This document shows, one piece after another, positions 21,398-33,151 of a DNA stretch of 64,000 nt (within the stretch, counting starts at the first letter, position 1; the number at the start of each line of letters is the position of its first letter). Below the pieces are notes generated by a model that saw only the letters and a list, made by a program, of their open reading frames with translations, ran no database searches and was not told the DNA's origin. Location of the stretch: contig OZ025711.1 in assembly GCA_964019335.1 (NCBI GenBank), forward strand, positions 372,001 through 436,000. Reading direction: 5' to 3'. Source of the DNA: Diplonema japonicum (taxonomy: Eukaryota > Protista > Euglenozoa: Diplonemea). The position numbers and the translations under genes were made by a program.

Positions 21398-21650
21398 TTT
21401 TCTTTTCTCCTCCTCCCCTCCTTATTTATTATTTTTTTTTTTTTTTTTTGGTTTCCTGGAGATAAGGGGGAAAAAAAAAAGGGGGGGAAACCTCATTGGT
21501 AGCATGTAGGCATAATACCTATCGGTTTTGAAACAAGAAAAGAAAAAAAAAAAGAAGAAGAAAAAAAAACCCCCCCCACCACCGACACTTCTGTATGTTT
21601 CTTTGTTTCTCGCTCTTTTTTTTTTATTTTTCTTGTTTGTATCTCACTGT

Positions 21651-23758
21651 TCACCGTCTTTGTGCTGCACCAAGGCGGTTTTCCAGGTCAAGGATCCTGT
21701 CTTGGAAGACCTTCATCTGCTCGGTGTAACCATTGGACATGTTCTTGACCTCTGTGTCCCTATTACGCAGGCGGCGTTTGAGGTCACGGATGTCGTCCTC
21801 CATAAGCTGCAGTGAGCGCAGTGTTGCGATGGTAAAGAAACAAAACAACATACCTTCATGTCCTCAGCACGGGTTTCCAAATCGTAAACCGCTTTATGCC
21901 ATTCAGAACGGTACTCCGCTGCCTTTGAGTCTGCAAGCTTCAACGCCTTTTTGTACGCTGTGAGCTCCCTTTCCTTGGGTGCTGTGTCCGGAGCTTTCGG
22001 TGTTGGGAGTGTGGCTAACAATGCACACTCCTCCGCCACCTCCGCCACCGTTCTGACTTCTTCGTCTTCATTATTCTTCTCCTTCACCGCTTCCTTTGCC
22101 GCAATGGCCACAATCTCTTCCGCTTCTTCAGGGACTGCCAAACCCTTTGTAAAATCTTGTACTTTTTCGTGCAGCCTTGCCCTGGCCATTTCCACGTCTT
22201 TGTAAGGAGATGCTTCTTCGAGGTACTCCTTGGGAAGGCCTGCCTTCTCTTCTTCGGACATAATGGTTGCAGGTGGTAGGAGCGGCAGCTTCTGGTTGAA
22301 GCCAGGGCCAGGGACGCGGTCAGCTGCCTGGCTGAGCATGGCGTTGCGCAGGTCCACGATGGAAATGATGTGCGAGTGGAGGGCGTTCAGTGCAGCCATG
22401 ATGCGCTTGTTGACACTGTCAAACCCGGCCAGCTCCCACGCCACCTTAACTTCCTTCGCGAAGAAGCTCGTCACCGCCTCCGTTAGTTCCTTCACGGACC
22501 CTTTCAGAACCCTCAGCATGCTGCTCGACACCTCTTTCCCGCTGATGAGTGCTTGCAAGGGTCTCGCCAGTGTGTCTTGCAGTCTCGATACCTCATCTGC
22601 GCAGTCTTCCGCGTCTGCAGTCGGAGAATGCTCGAAAATAGCGGCCAACAAGTATCTCAAGTTGTTCGACAGGAAAAGCACCCATTGTGAAGCCTCAGAG
22701 ACAGGCAGCCCCACCGGTGTAACATCGACAGACGTGTCGCCCCTGTCGGCCTTTATCACATCAACAATACTTGTTTTGAACTCTGCGGCGGACTCGCAGC
22801 CTGCGACGAGGGGCTTCGAGACGGCAGCGTGCTCTGTGTTTGCCTTGCGGAGGCTATCTTTGAGAAGCCTCAGTGCGGCGACTTGTACAGGACCGCCTGA
22901 AGCGTTGGCTTTTGAAAGCAAGATGTGTATTCTTTCAGTGGCGTTGGCGAAGAGCGCTTCGACATCGCGTGTCATCTGGCTGACCGCGCTGCTCAGCTTG
23001 GTAGACGTCCCTGCGACTGTCTGCGCCCATTGCGCGTCGTTGGGGTCGAGGGAGAGGCTTGTCAGAGAGGGGATCCTTCTCAAGTCGAGCAAGACGGAGC
23101 AGCGTGACAAGGCCATGGAAGATCCCAGCCTGGTTTCCATTTGCTGGACACGTTCGATGGCCACGCGGTTTTGCGCCTGCAAAGCGGAAAGCTCCTCTGT
23201 CCGCTCTGTGAGTAATGTCATGAGCCGCCCCTCCTCACCTTTCGTGATGCGCAGTTCCTCGTCAAGTACTGATATCTTGGTCACAGCGTCTGTTGTGTCT
23301 GCCCCGTACCGCCCTTCAATGTGCTCTTTCTGGTTCTTCATCTCGCTCAGCTCTTGCTGTGCGTCGTACAGCTTTGCATGGAGCTGTTCGCTCTCCTTCA
23401 CCTTCCGTTCCAGTTCTTCCGCCAAAACATCTTTCTCGCTCTCTTTTGCTTTGTTTCCAGACACGATGTCCTTCAGACCGGTGAGCCCCCACCCCCCAGA
23501 CTGCTGTTCCCTCTTTTTCAAATCCTCCTGCAGCCCCGAGATTTTCTTCGTGAGTGTCGTGTTGTTAAATTTCAGCAGATCGACCTCCTCCCTGGCCTCC
23601 ATCAGCTCTTTTGTAAGCTCTGTCGCCTTGTTCTCATGCTCTTCCGCTTTTTTCGCCAGTTCTTCGTTTTGAGACCCTAACTCCTCCGCCTGCTTCTTCA
23701 ACTTCACAACCGCTTTCTTTAACACTTTCATTTTCTGTGCGTCATCTGCCTCGCTCAT
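21651..23758 (-). CDS. PPP1R21: PPP1R21-like coiled-coil protein, 2 or 3 exons
   Basis: N-terminal KVLKKAVV..DLLKFNNTTLTKKISGLQEDL and DVLAEELERKVKESEQLH resemble the KLRAQ region. C-terminal MSNGYTEQMKVFQDRILDL resembles the TTKRSYEDQ region. Intron 21807-21853. Confidence 0.6.
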
Positions 23759-23856
23759 CTTCCCACCAACACCTGTAGGCATTGCACTTTGGCACGCAAG
23801 GGTTAGACGACAATGGAACTGATACTCATGTTTCTGCTGAACATTTTTGTGCCCAT

Positions 23857-26772
23857 TCAGAGGTTCAGGGGCTTCCTGTTGTAGCTCTCGATTCTGTTGA
23901 TGACAGCTGCGTACTTCTCATCGCCCAGGACGGCGTGGATGGCCTGGAGCTGCGTAGCGAACCTGGTTCGATTATATATTGTTGCATTCCATACCAGCTC
24001 CGCATGCTGACGTGGACAACAGGGTCCTTGTTGAGGAGAGCGTGCTCCCGTTCAAGCGAGTGAGACGTTTGGGTGTTGCTGTTTTTTTTTCTCTTTTTTT
24101 TTTTCTTTTTTTTTTTCCCCCATTTCCGATCAACCCCTTCCATACAAATGCGAAGTTCTGCTCTCGATGACGGATGTTTTAAAGGTTTCTGCAAACTCAT
24201 CCTCCTCGCCAGTCACTGCTTCCACCACCATCGTTGCAACAGAGTCCATCCTTTCCAGCACCTGAGCGTGGGGGGGAACCAGGAGAGACGAAAATGCCAT
24301 TGCACAGATTTTCCGCTTATCAGGGCACGAAACATGGTCCTCGAGGTCGACGATGAGGTCCAAGCACGAGATGATTGCCTCGGGAGATGATAGAACCTGA
24401 AGGGCGGCTGTCTTGTTTCCAACGACCAATCTGCACACAACGCACATGAAGGCAACCTGCACCCTGGGCCGAGGCCTGTTCGGTGAGTAAATGCACTGCA
24501 GCATGCTGCTCACCAGCGGGCACGCGGTCTGCGCGCTATCAGGGCACATGATGATAACGTCTTCTGCTATTTTGCACACGGTGAACACAACATCGCCCTC
24601 CATCCCTTGCACGATTTGCACCAGCCTGTCGAAGATGGCAATTCCGTGTTGTTGCAGCAGGTTCAGCCCACCGATCAAGATGTACTGGTGGAGGATGTTG
24701 AGGAGGTGCTCATAGGACATGAAGCTCTTATCCAGCAGCGGCAACATGTGCGCAAAGCAGGCCGCCAGTCCAGGTGTCAGCTCCTTCGCGTTGAGGATGG
24801 TGTACAACCACAGCTCGTTAGCGTTGTCGACAAGGTCCAGGTACATTGGGTTGCTCACGTCTGTTGATTGTTTGATGACACAGCAAACGAAATCGTGCAC
24901 TTCCCCTACCGACCCCACCACCTGCACCAGCTTTGCCAGGCATGCAATGACCTGTTCCAGTACCTTTGTCCCGTTCTTCTTCGTTGGGTCCATCTCTGTT
25001 GTCCAATACACTTGCAACAACTCCACCAGCGACGGTGCAAACGGAGAGAATCTCTCCGCTCCCAAGCATGTGATCACCAATCCAATGTTCGCAAGACAGT
25101 TGTCTTTCATCTCATCGTGTGAGCACTGCCGAAGAATCTGGAAGGTCGACCCGAAGAACTGGTTCAGCACAGGCATCAGGGCGTCAGCGTCGAGGTCATG
25201 CGCAACGTACTCCTTCATGGCGTTCAGGGCAGTCAGCTTGATGACCTTGTCGTTGGAAGGGTTGCACTGGGAATCGATGAGCAGTTTGTAGATAGCTTGG
25301 TACATGTTGGGGGGCACTGTGTACACCCACTGTCCGATCACCCAGATTGCTCTCCTTTTGATGTAGTTGTTGGTGTGCGCGCACATGCTGGCGGCCGCAT
25401 TAAGCCACTGCATTTGTCTGGGCTCTTCGCTGGACATGTACGATGGGAAGGCGTAGCACCCAAGCCCCATCACATGCAGAGCGGTCTCTATGTCCTTGGG
25501 ACTGGAGTTGGGGTTCGTGAAGGTCTGCTCGATGAGCGCAGCAAGGTCAGGGATGAAGACGTCGGGCTTCTCGTCGGCCAACCCGCAGAAGACGCTGCTC
25601 GCTTTCTGCTTCACGTTCAAGTCGTCCTCCGCCTCCTGGTCGAAGACGTAGGACTCGGGGTCGGCTTCCCACGCCTCCACCTCGTATTGGTGGAGGTTGA
25701 GGTAAGACTCGAGCAGCACCCTCACGAACCGTACCAGGTCCGCGTCAGGAACCACTGCGAGGAACATGTCGGCGACGGTGGGCGAGCTGCTCAGCGACGC
25801 AATGACCTGCTCGATGACGCTGAGCGACTGCAAGAAAAACGTGTTGTCGAGCTTGTCAGTGAAAGGAGGGATGGTGAGAAGCTTCTGAAAACACAGCTTA
25901 AGAACGGGCGATATGGCACCAGACTGCGCCATCTCGATGGGCTTGTGGAAGAAGAGCGTCGACACAGACTTCATTGCCTTCTTGATGACACTGTCGAGGA
26001 GGCTACTTTTGTCGGAGGCGCTCGACACAACACGAAGCTCGACCGCCTTATCGAGGAAAGCAACGGTGTTGGTGAAGTACGCGCAGGCCATCGGGGAGGT
26101 GATGTCTGTTCCTCGGAGAGCACGCTGCATGATCTTGTGACAGAGACAACAGAGCTTCGCATTGAGATTGGTGATCGTGTCAGTGGAGAGCATAGCGTTG
26201 TTATACTGCTCTGAAAGGGCGTTACAACCAGGGGTGATGCTAGCGCAGAGACCTTCGAAGGCTGCTCTGGAACCGATTCGGGAAGCAGCCAAACACCCGT
26301 ACAACAGATAATGAAGTGTTGTGAAGAATTTTACCCGTGTGATGGGGTTCTCATGGCTGACCCCTTGAGAGATGGATCCGAGAAGGTTGGGCCATGAGGC
26401 GATTTCATACCGTGATATTTTAGCGATGAGGACGGCAATTTGCCGCATCAAGGCGTCGTCCTGGTGGTGGCTGTTGAGAAGGTGCAGGGAGGCTTCCTTC
26501 ACAGCTTCCTTGCGCTCGGATGACATGTGTCCCTCTAACCCTACCCTCAGCTTCCAATTTTCCTCTACAAAATTTCGAATAGAAATCACACTGTGCATTC
26601 TTGCCACCATGTCTTCCCCTTCCGCCCCCGCTATCTGGAACACCGTTTCCAAGGCACCCGGCTGTTTTATAGCAGCGTCCCAGCTTTCTTCGCATCTCAC
26701 CCGTGTTTCCCTGTTTTCGCTGTTGTTCCTTCCCACGAGCAACTCTCGAAGCATCATATAGTTTCCATCCAT
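23857..26772 (-). CDS. IPO11: Importin-11-like karyopherin-beta (HEAT repeats), 3 exons
   Basis: IBN_N-like start (SIRNFVEENWK; QIAVLIAKISRYEIASWPNLL), IKRRAIWVIGQW, and C-terminal KDPVVHVSMRSWFATQLQAIHAVLG after introns 24079-24145 and 23963-23994. Confidence 0.8.
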
Positions 26773-27700
26773 TCTTTTTTTTTTTTTTTTTTTTCCCGCC
26801 CTCCCTCCTCCTTTCCAACCAGTAGCTATGAGGTTCAGGGAAAAAAAAAACAAAAAAAAATAATATTGGGCAAGGGGAGAGGGGAGGGAATAAAATGGCT
26901 CTACACAACGGGGGGGGGGGGGGGGGGGAGGGTGAGATTAAAAAAAATCTAGGGGTAATATGCTGGGGGAAAGGATGAGGAGGGAAAGGGGGAGAGAAAA
27001 AAAGGGAGGGGTAAGAAAAACCGATCATTTTTTAGTTTTGTCGGCACTAATAGTCACGCAAGGGAAAAGAAGAAATTTTAGTAACTTTTCTTTCGAAGCC
27101 CCCTTCCCTTTCCCCCCCGCTCCGTTTGCCCCTTGTTTTTCTTACCACAATATCAAACAATGGGAAAAGTTCGGGAGAGGGCAAAAAGAAAAAAAACCAA
27201 AAGAAAAAAACCAGACAACTTTCTTGAAACCCTGACAAAGGAGATCAAGAAAAGAAGAGCAGGTCAAGGAAATTCTTCAATAATAACGTAAACAAAAACA
27301 ACCACCCCCTTTTTTTCAATTAAAAAGCAAACATTTTCTCTCAAAAAAAATATAAATTAGACCAACCTCCAGGTTTTTTTTGGGGGGGGGGGAGGAAGAA
27401 CGAGAAAAAAAAGAAGAAAAAAAAAAAAAAAAAAAAACATCAAGTCATCAAAGAGGCTGCCTCAGTGTGCGAGAAGAAAAAAAAAAACTGGACATTTTTT
27501 TTTTTTAGGTTTGCGGTTTTTCGCGCTCACCCAGTCCCGTAGCTTAAAAACGAAAAAAATAAAAATAAAATAATAATAAGGGGGAAGGGAAATAGAACAG
27601 ATGGGAAGGAAGAAGGGAATATATACTCACACAGTTTTTATTTTATTTTTTTTTGTTTTAAAAAAAAAAAGGCCAGGTCTTGGGGGGAGGGGCTATTCTA

Positions 27701-30562
27701 TTACAAATCACCGCAGCTCTCTTCTGTGAAGAAGTTCCCCCACGGGGCTGCTGCTGCTCCCACGGGGCCACTGCCCACACGTCTTCCGTATTTCGGATGT
27801 TGCGTGTAGGTGGCTGCAAGGGGTGAGTCTGGGTAAGGGTCAGTAACCCGAGGGAGAGAAGGCGCTGAAGAGCGGAAAGGCGCCGGCTGATGAACAGGCT
27901 GCTGAAGAGGTTGAACTGACGGCCGCTGGTGGTGATACTGATGCTGCAGCTGCTGGTGATGAGCATGCGACAGCCTCCCTTGGGACTGCGGTGGTGAACC
28001 ATCTGCAGGTAAAATCCCTGTAATGGTGTCGGACGGGGGTGCCTGCCTCCTCTTTCCCCTTGCTCTTGTGGTGTTGACGGGAGCGCCTCCTAGCGGCTCA
28101 TACTCGTCGTCCTTCTGCGGAGTCAGACAAGCTGGTGCTGAGCTCAACCTCGGACCGTTTTGCACATTTTCGTCTCTGATATCCCGTGTTGCTTCTCTCA
28201 CTTCTCTATGTGGCGTTACCCTCGCCTCTCTTGGTGGCGCGGGGGGGTCCGGTTTCGCGGGTTTTTCATGCCGCATGAGTCGCGCCTTCTTGATTTCAAT
28301 CTGCCTGCGGATTCCATGCTGCGCTGCGGTGGAGCCCCCTTCGTCTAGTCTCGCCTGAAGTGCGTTGAGCTCCTCGCGAAGCATTGACTGCACGTTGTGC
28401 TTGGACGACACCTTGGCCTCTAAGTGGCTTTGGCGTTCCCTGTTCAGCTTCTCGCGTTTCATCTTTGCGGCCTAAAAATAAATTTGAATAATTTTTTTCC
28501 CCCCCCTGCACAATACCTCTTGTTTCCAATCCCGTTGTTGTTCCATATCCTCGTCGCACCCGCCTCCGCCGTTGTCGGCTGCGACACGTTCCACGACGTC
28601 TGCCAGCTCGTCCAGTGCCATCTCGGGCGACATCCACGTGATGCTGTGCGGGCGGAGGTGCTCCGGGAGAGTCGGCATGATATGAGTAGCTATGAGCCTC
28701 AGGTCGTTCTTCCTCCATTGCCGACTGCGCCTCCCTCTAAGCTTGAACTCCTCCCAAAGTTCTTTGGCTTCGGATTTTTGCGAAGTGAGCATATCGTCGA
28801 TCATCACGTCTGGCCGAGCGTCCTTGGGTGGTGTGGGTGCTGGGTTGCTCACAGGCGCTGAGAACTGCTTCGGTGCTGGTGTAGAAATCTGCCTCGGGGC
28901 TACCATCTCCGGCATCGGCACAGGCGAGTTGTCCTCCACCACAGGGTAGTCATATGCGTCATACCCGTAGGCCTCCTCAGGGGTATCCACTTGGAAGGGC
29001 GGCCTTTCCCTTTCTCGGGGGTTTGCGGGTTTTTTCTTCGGCGCTTGTTTTTTGAGCCCAGGTACATTTACAGACCTTCTCTTTTCTGGCACAGCAGGGC
29101 CCACGGCACCTGCCCCCATGATACGTTTCTTTTGCAGAACGTTGTCTCTCAAGTTGCTGCTGTCACGCGCGGAAAGCACTTTGTTTTTCAAGCGCCTGTC
29201 AAATGAGCTCATCCCCGACTTGTCAAGGTGTCCTCTTACTGCAGCGTTGGATTGTTTCCCCTGGTGTGCGGGAGGTGCTTTTGAGACAGGCGCGGGGGCG
29301 GGCTCCGCGATGCCTTGTTTCGCACGTTGGCGTTGCTTCTGCCTCGCTTCGAACTTCGCCTTCCCCAAGGCGGTGACGTCCACGGAGCCGAGTTTTTCTT
29401 TAACAGTGTTCCCACCGGTGATGTGGGAAGAACCGGCGGCTTGGCCGTTGCCCTGTCCGTCCATGATACACGCGTGTCGTAATGTGTTGAGGGAATGTTC
29501 AGTGTCTTTGCAGGACGGGGAGATTGTAGCTATGATGATGGTCGAGTGCTTCCCACCGTCGAAACAGGTTTTAAGCAGCTGTGTGAGCCTGTTGTTGCGG
29601 TATTGAACGAAAGAGGCACCGGCGGCGTTGGCGCGGATGCACTCCTTGAGGGAGGAGAGAGACGCGTTGATGAGAGCACCTTCCTTCCGTCTTTCAGCGT
29701 TGTGTTCATCAGAGTCGATTCTGTGTTCCGTTCCCGCGAGATCGACAAGCGTGAGGACACCCTCAGGGGTACCAGGCTCATTGATGTAAACCCTGCAAAT
29801 TGCATGGGATCGCGACGAGTGATCGTGCACACCAGTGGCGGCAGTCGCACGGAGTGAATTGGCATGCGTGACAAGCTGCATCAGTTCCATTGCATTTTCA
29901 ACCTCCACCTCGACGCAAGGATAAGGGTACGACCCACCGTCCGTACCAGTAGTGAGGTTGATCTGCGTCCCTACGTTGAGCATGTCGTGGCACTTGTCGC
30001 CGACAAGTTCGACGAAGCTCACCGTTATCATTGCGTTTGGCGCGCTTGCGAAAATATCGGGGAAGGCGCGTTCCTGTAGGGCAGTCATGGTGTATGTCTT
30101 CCCGCTTCCGGTTTGCCCGTACATCATGATTGTCGACTGCAGCCCCCGTGTGGAGTTTCGAACCAAGAGCCTTGCTGTGCTGTTGTAGACATCGTCGTTC
30201 GTACATTTTTCGGAAAAAACTGCGTCGAATTTGAACGTGTGGTGGTTCATGAACATTTTGATCAAGTCTGCCTCCATCCTTGCGTCATGTATTGCCACAA
30301 AGCACCCGTCGTCTTGACCCGGCGGGACTGTTATCACGTCGTACTCTTGGCCCTTCTGCTCGTGGGGGAAGATGGGTCGTTTCCGCACGCACACTCGTAT
30401 CCCTGATGGTACGCCTTGCTGACCGAAGGCCACCTCCGCGTCGCCCTCGGCGTGCCCATACTGCTCCCTAAACCGATGTATCGCAGCCTTGAAAGTCGGC
30501 GCGTGCTCTCGACGTGATGTCCGTTTGTCCGTGTTTTTGATGACACTCTCAGCGCCACCCAT
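27701..30562 (-). CDS. Kinesin-13 family motor with N-terminal motor domain and long tail, 2 exons
   Basis: IRVCVRKRP, FKFDAVF, YGQTGSGKTYTM, SSRSHAI, LVDLAGTE, EGALINASLSSLKECIRA. Intron 28472-28516 joins the 27701-28462 ORF in frame. Confidence 0.85.
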
Positions 30563-30837
30563 TTTCTCGGTATTTTTTTTTTTTTGGTTTTTTCTTCTTC
30601 TTTTTTTTGGACCCCCTGCGCCTTTTTTATTTTGTTGTTGGTTTTTTTTTGGTATTTTTTTTTTTGGGGGAGGGGAAGAGAGAGGAAAAACTTCTTTTTT
30701 TTTTTTTGGTGAGTGCGAGTATAAAAAAAAAAAAAAACTTATGATGGTGGGGTGGGTGGGAAAAAGTGTGTTAGCAAAAAAAACTACCCCCCCCCCCCCA
30801 CCACTGGAAGAAAAAAAAATAAAACAAAGAAAAAAAA

Positions 30838-31947
30838 TTACGAAAGGATAACTACGTCACCCGCAGCAGACTTCCCACCGTTGGACCTCGCCGTGAATTC
30901 AACGACCTGGTCGGGGGCGAAGAAAGACGAGACATTTTGCTTTGCAGACGGAGGGAAGCGAGACGAGGCGACATTGAAGTACACGTCCCTGTGCCGGGAC
31001 ACCGCTATGAAGCCGAACGTGTCCTTCCACGCGCTTACAACACCGCGGTACCGCTGGCCGTCCTGGAGGTAGGGGTATTCCTCACGAGTTGCCCGTTGGT
31101 TCACCCACACTGACACAGGGAAGTAATCACCCTGCTTCAAACATGTCAAATCCCACGCTCCAAGAGAGTACATGTAAAACTCTACCATATCATCATCCAC
31201 AGCACTTTCATACGTGGAAAACTGTCCAAACTTGATACAAGCCAAGGCCCGCGTGGACGTGACCAGTTTTGAGTCAACCAAAGGCCCGTACTCCAGTCCT
31301 GAAACATCGAGTTCAGGTGCTGTCTCCGCGCTCCGTTCCATGATTTTCCTGCGTTGCTCTTTATATTTAGGATCGATGCTGTCGATTTGTTTGTAGTTCA
31401 GCCTCATTAGGGCGTATAAGCATGCCATTTGCATTGAGAAGTCTTGGGTGGAGTGGCCCTTGCCGTTGTTTCTAAAAGTGTATTTGAACTTGTCTTTTCG
31501 AGCGAGGTTCTCGTCGTCGTCCGGGCCCGAGTCTTCCATTTGGCTGTTCAAAATTGGTTTCAGTTTGTCGTTGGAGGATATCGTGACTAAGTGTTTGAAC
31601 CCGTTCTCCCCGCCCTTTGTCGGCACCACCGATGCGATCCAGTTTTTCGATTTGCAGAATTCTTTCAAGCACAGAAACGGTGCTTTTGTCCGCGCACCAC
31701 CGCCGCTTACGGTCGGTGCGGGTTTTGTGGAAGATTGGCCGCTTGATTTCATCGCCGCTTTTGCCCAGTCTGGCACGATTTTGCCCTTGTCCCAATCGAT
31801 TTTCGCGGCGGGTGCAGCCCTCTCCTTCACCTCTTTCTCGATAGCCTTGACCACTTTCCGTTCGCGTTGCTTGGCATCCTGCTTCTTATCACGGTCCTGG
31901 TCACGTTTCTTTGCTGCATGCTTCGCTTGTTCTCGTTTGGCTGGCAT
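30838..31947 (-). CDS. Putative RNA-binding protein: dsRBD-like region + C-terminal cold-shock (OB) domain
   Basis: CSD: YRGVVSAWKDTFGFIAV..DVYFN..DQVVEF. dsRBD-like PFLCLKEFCKSKNW...SMQMACLYALMRL. Basic N-terminus. Confidence 0.65.
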   Translation of the reverse strand: MPAKREQAKHAAKKRDQDRDKKQDAKQRERKVVKAIEKEVKERAAPAAKIDWDKGKIVPDWAKAAMKSSGQSSTKPAPTVSGGGARTKAPFLCLKEFCKSKNWIASVVPTKGGENGFKHLVTISSNDKLKPILNSQMEDSGPDDDENLARKDKFKYTFRNNGKGHSTQDFSMQMACLYALMRLNYKQIDSIDPKYKEQRRKIMERSAETAPELDVSGLEYGPLVDSKLVTSTRALACIKFGQFSTYESAVDDDMVEFYMYSLGAWDLTCLKQGDYFPVSVWVNQRATREEYPYLQDGQRYRGVVSAWKDTFGFIAVSRHRDVYFNVASSRFPPSAKQNVSSFFAPDQVVEFTARSNGGKSAAGDVVILS

Positions 31948-32130
31948 TTTTTTTTCCTTTTTTTTTTTTTCCTCCCTCCCACACACCCCTCCCTTCCTTT
32001 ATAAGAAATTGTCATAGAAATGTGAGCGAGAAGGAGAAGAAAAAAAAAAAAAAAAAACTACACATCATGATGAGACTGATTTTGTGTGTGTGTTGTGTGT
32101 TTGGTTTTTTTCTTCTTTTTTTTTTCTTTT

Positions 32131-33001
32131 TTATTTTCGTTTACGGATCAACCGGACCTTGGCAGGCGCAGAAGACGAGAAGGCGAAGGGGTTAGGGTTA
32201 GCGGGGGCAGGGAAGCTTTGTGTGGCACCGGCACCGTCGTCGCTTTCATCGTCTGATGAAAGCTCTCTCGCTTGCTGCACAGTGCCCACAGGTCCACCGA
32301 GATTTAACGCCTCAACTTCTACATCAACAACGGTGTCCTCTTGCGCACCAGTGTATGTCTGGGTGTAGTCTTCTTCTTCGTCGCCGGAGTTTTCATCACC
32401 AGGCATCGACAGCTTGAAGTCTTCTGTGATGGGGAACTGGCTCATGGTATTGTACAGGTTCCTCTGGCTCTCTCTGGTTTGTTTCCGTTCGCTGTTCACG
32501 GTCGCACGGTGCTCGTCTTTTGCTTTTTTGATTGCGTACATTCGGCGTTGGTTCTTCCTTTGGTGGAACCCCGTGATATAATCCTTTTTTTTATTTTATT
32601 TTATTTTATTTTATTTTTTTTTTAAATTTTTTGTTTGTTCCCAGATGACGAATGATATTTGATACATGACAGAGCACTTGCAGCACGACAGGAAAATAGA
32701 ATGGAGAAGAAACATTGGTGTCAATCTGCACAGTAACCGTTAGAGTTGGCACAAACCTTCATTGAATCTGTATCGAACTTAATCACCTTTGGTCTCGATG
32801 CCGCCCCGCCACCTGTGTTCACAGACACCTTAGTTACCGATTCATCTTTCTTCACGCCACCTTTTTTTTTCCGTAACTGTGTGTGTGTTTGTGTGTGTTG
32901 TTTGGTTTCTCTCTCCCCCCGCAACCCTCTCATACATTCATAGGATCTCTTCGTGCCTTTATCCTGTCCACCTTGAAACCTTTCTTGATTTTGCCCGGCA
33001 T
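32131..33001 (-). CDS. NOL12: Nucleolar protein NOL12/Rrp17 (Nop25 family), 3 exons
   Basis: Introns 32877-32935 and 32584-32756 give VIKFDTDSMK|DYITGFHQRKNQRR, matching the family motif FD...EYLTGFHKRK. Confidence 0.8.
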
Positions 33002-33078
33002 TTTTTTTTTTCTTCTTTTGTTTTGTTTCTCCCCCCCTCCCTCTTCTCCTTTTATTTATAAAAAGTTTATCGCAAATC

Positions 33079-33110
<32 letters not shown>

Positions 33111-33151
33111 AAAAATCTATACATATAAAAACTTCTTTTTTTTTTTTTAAA

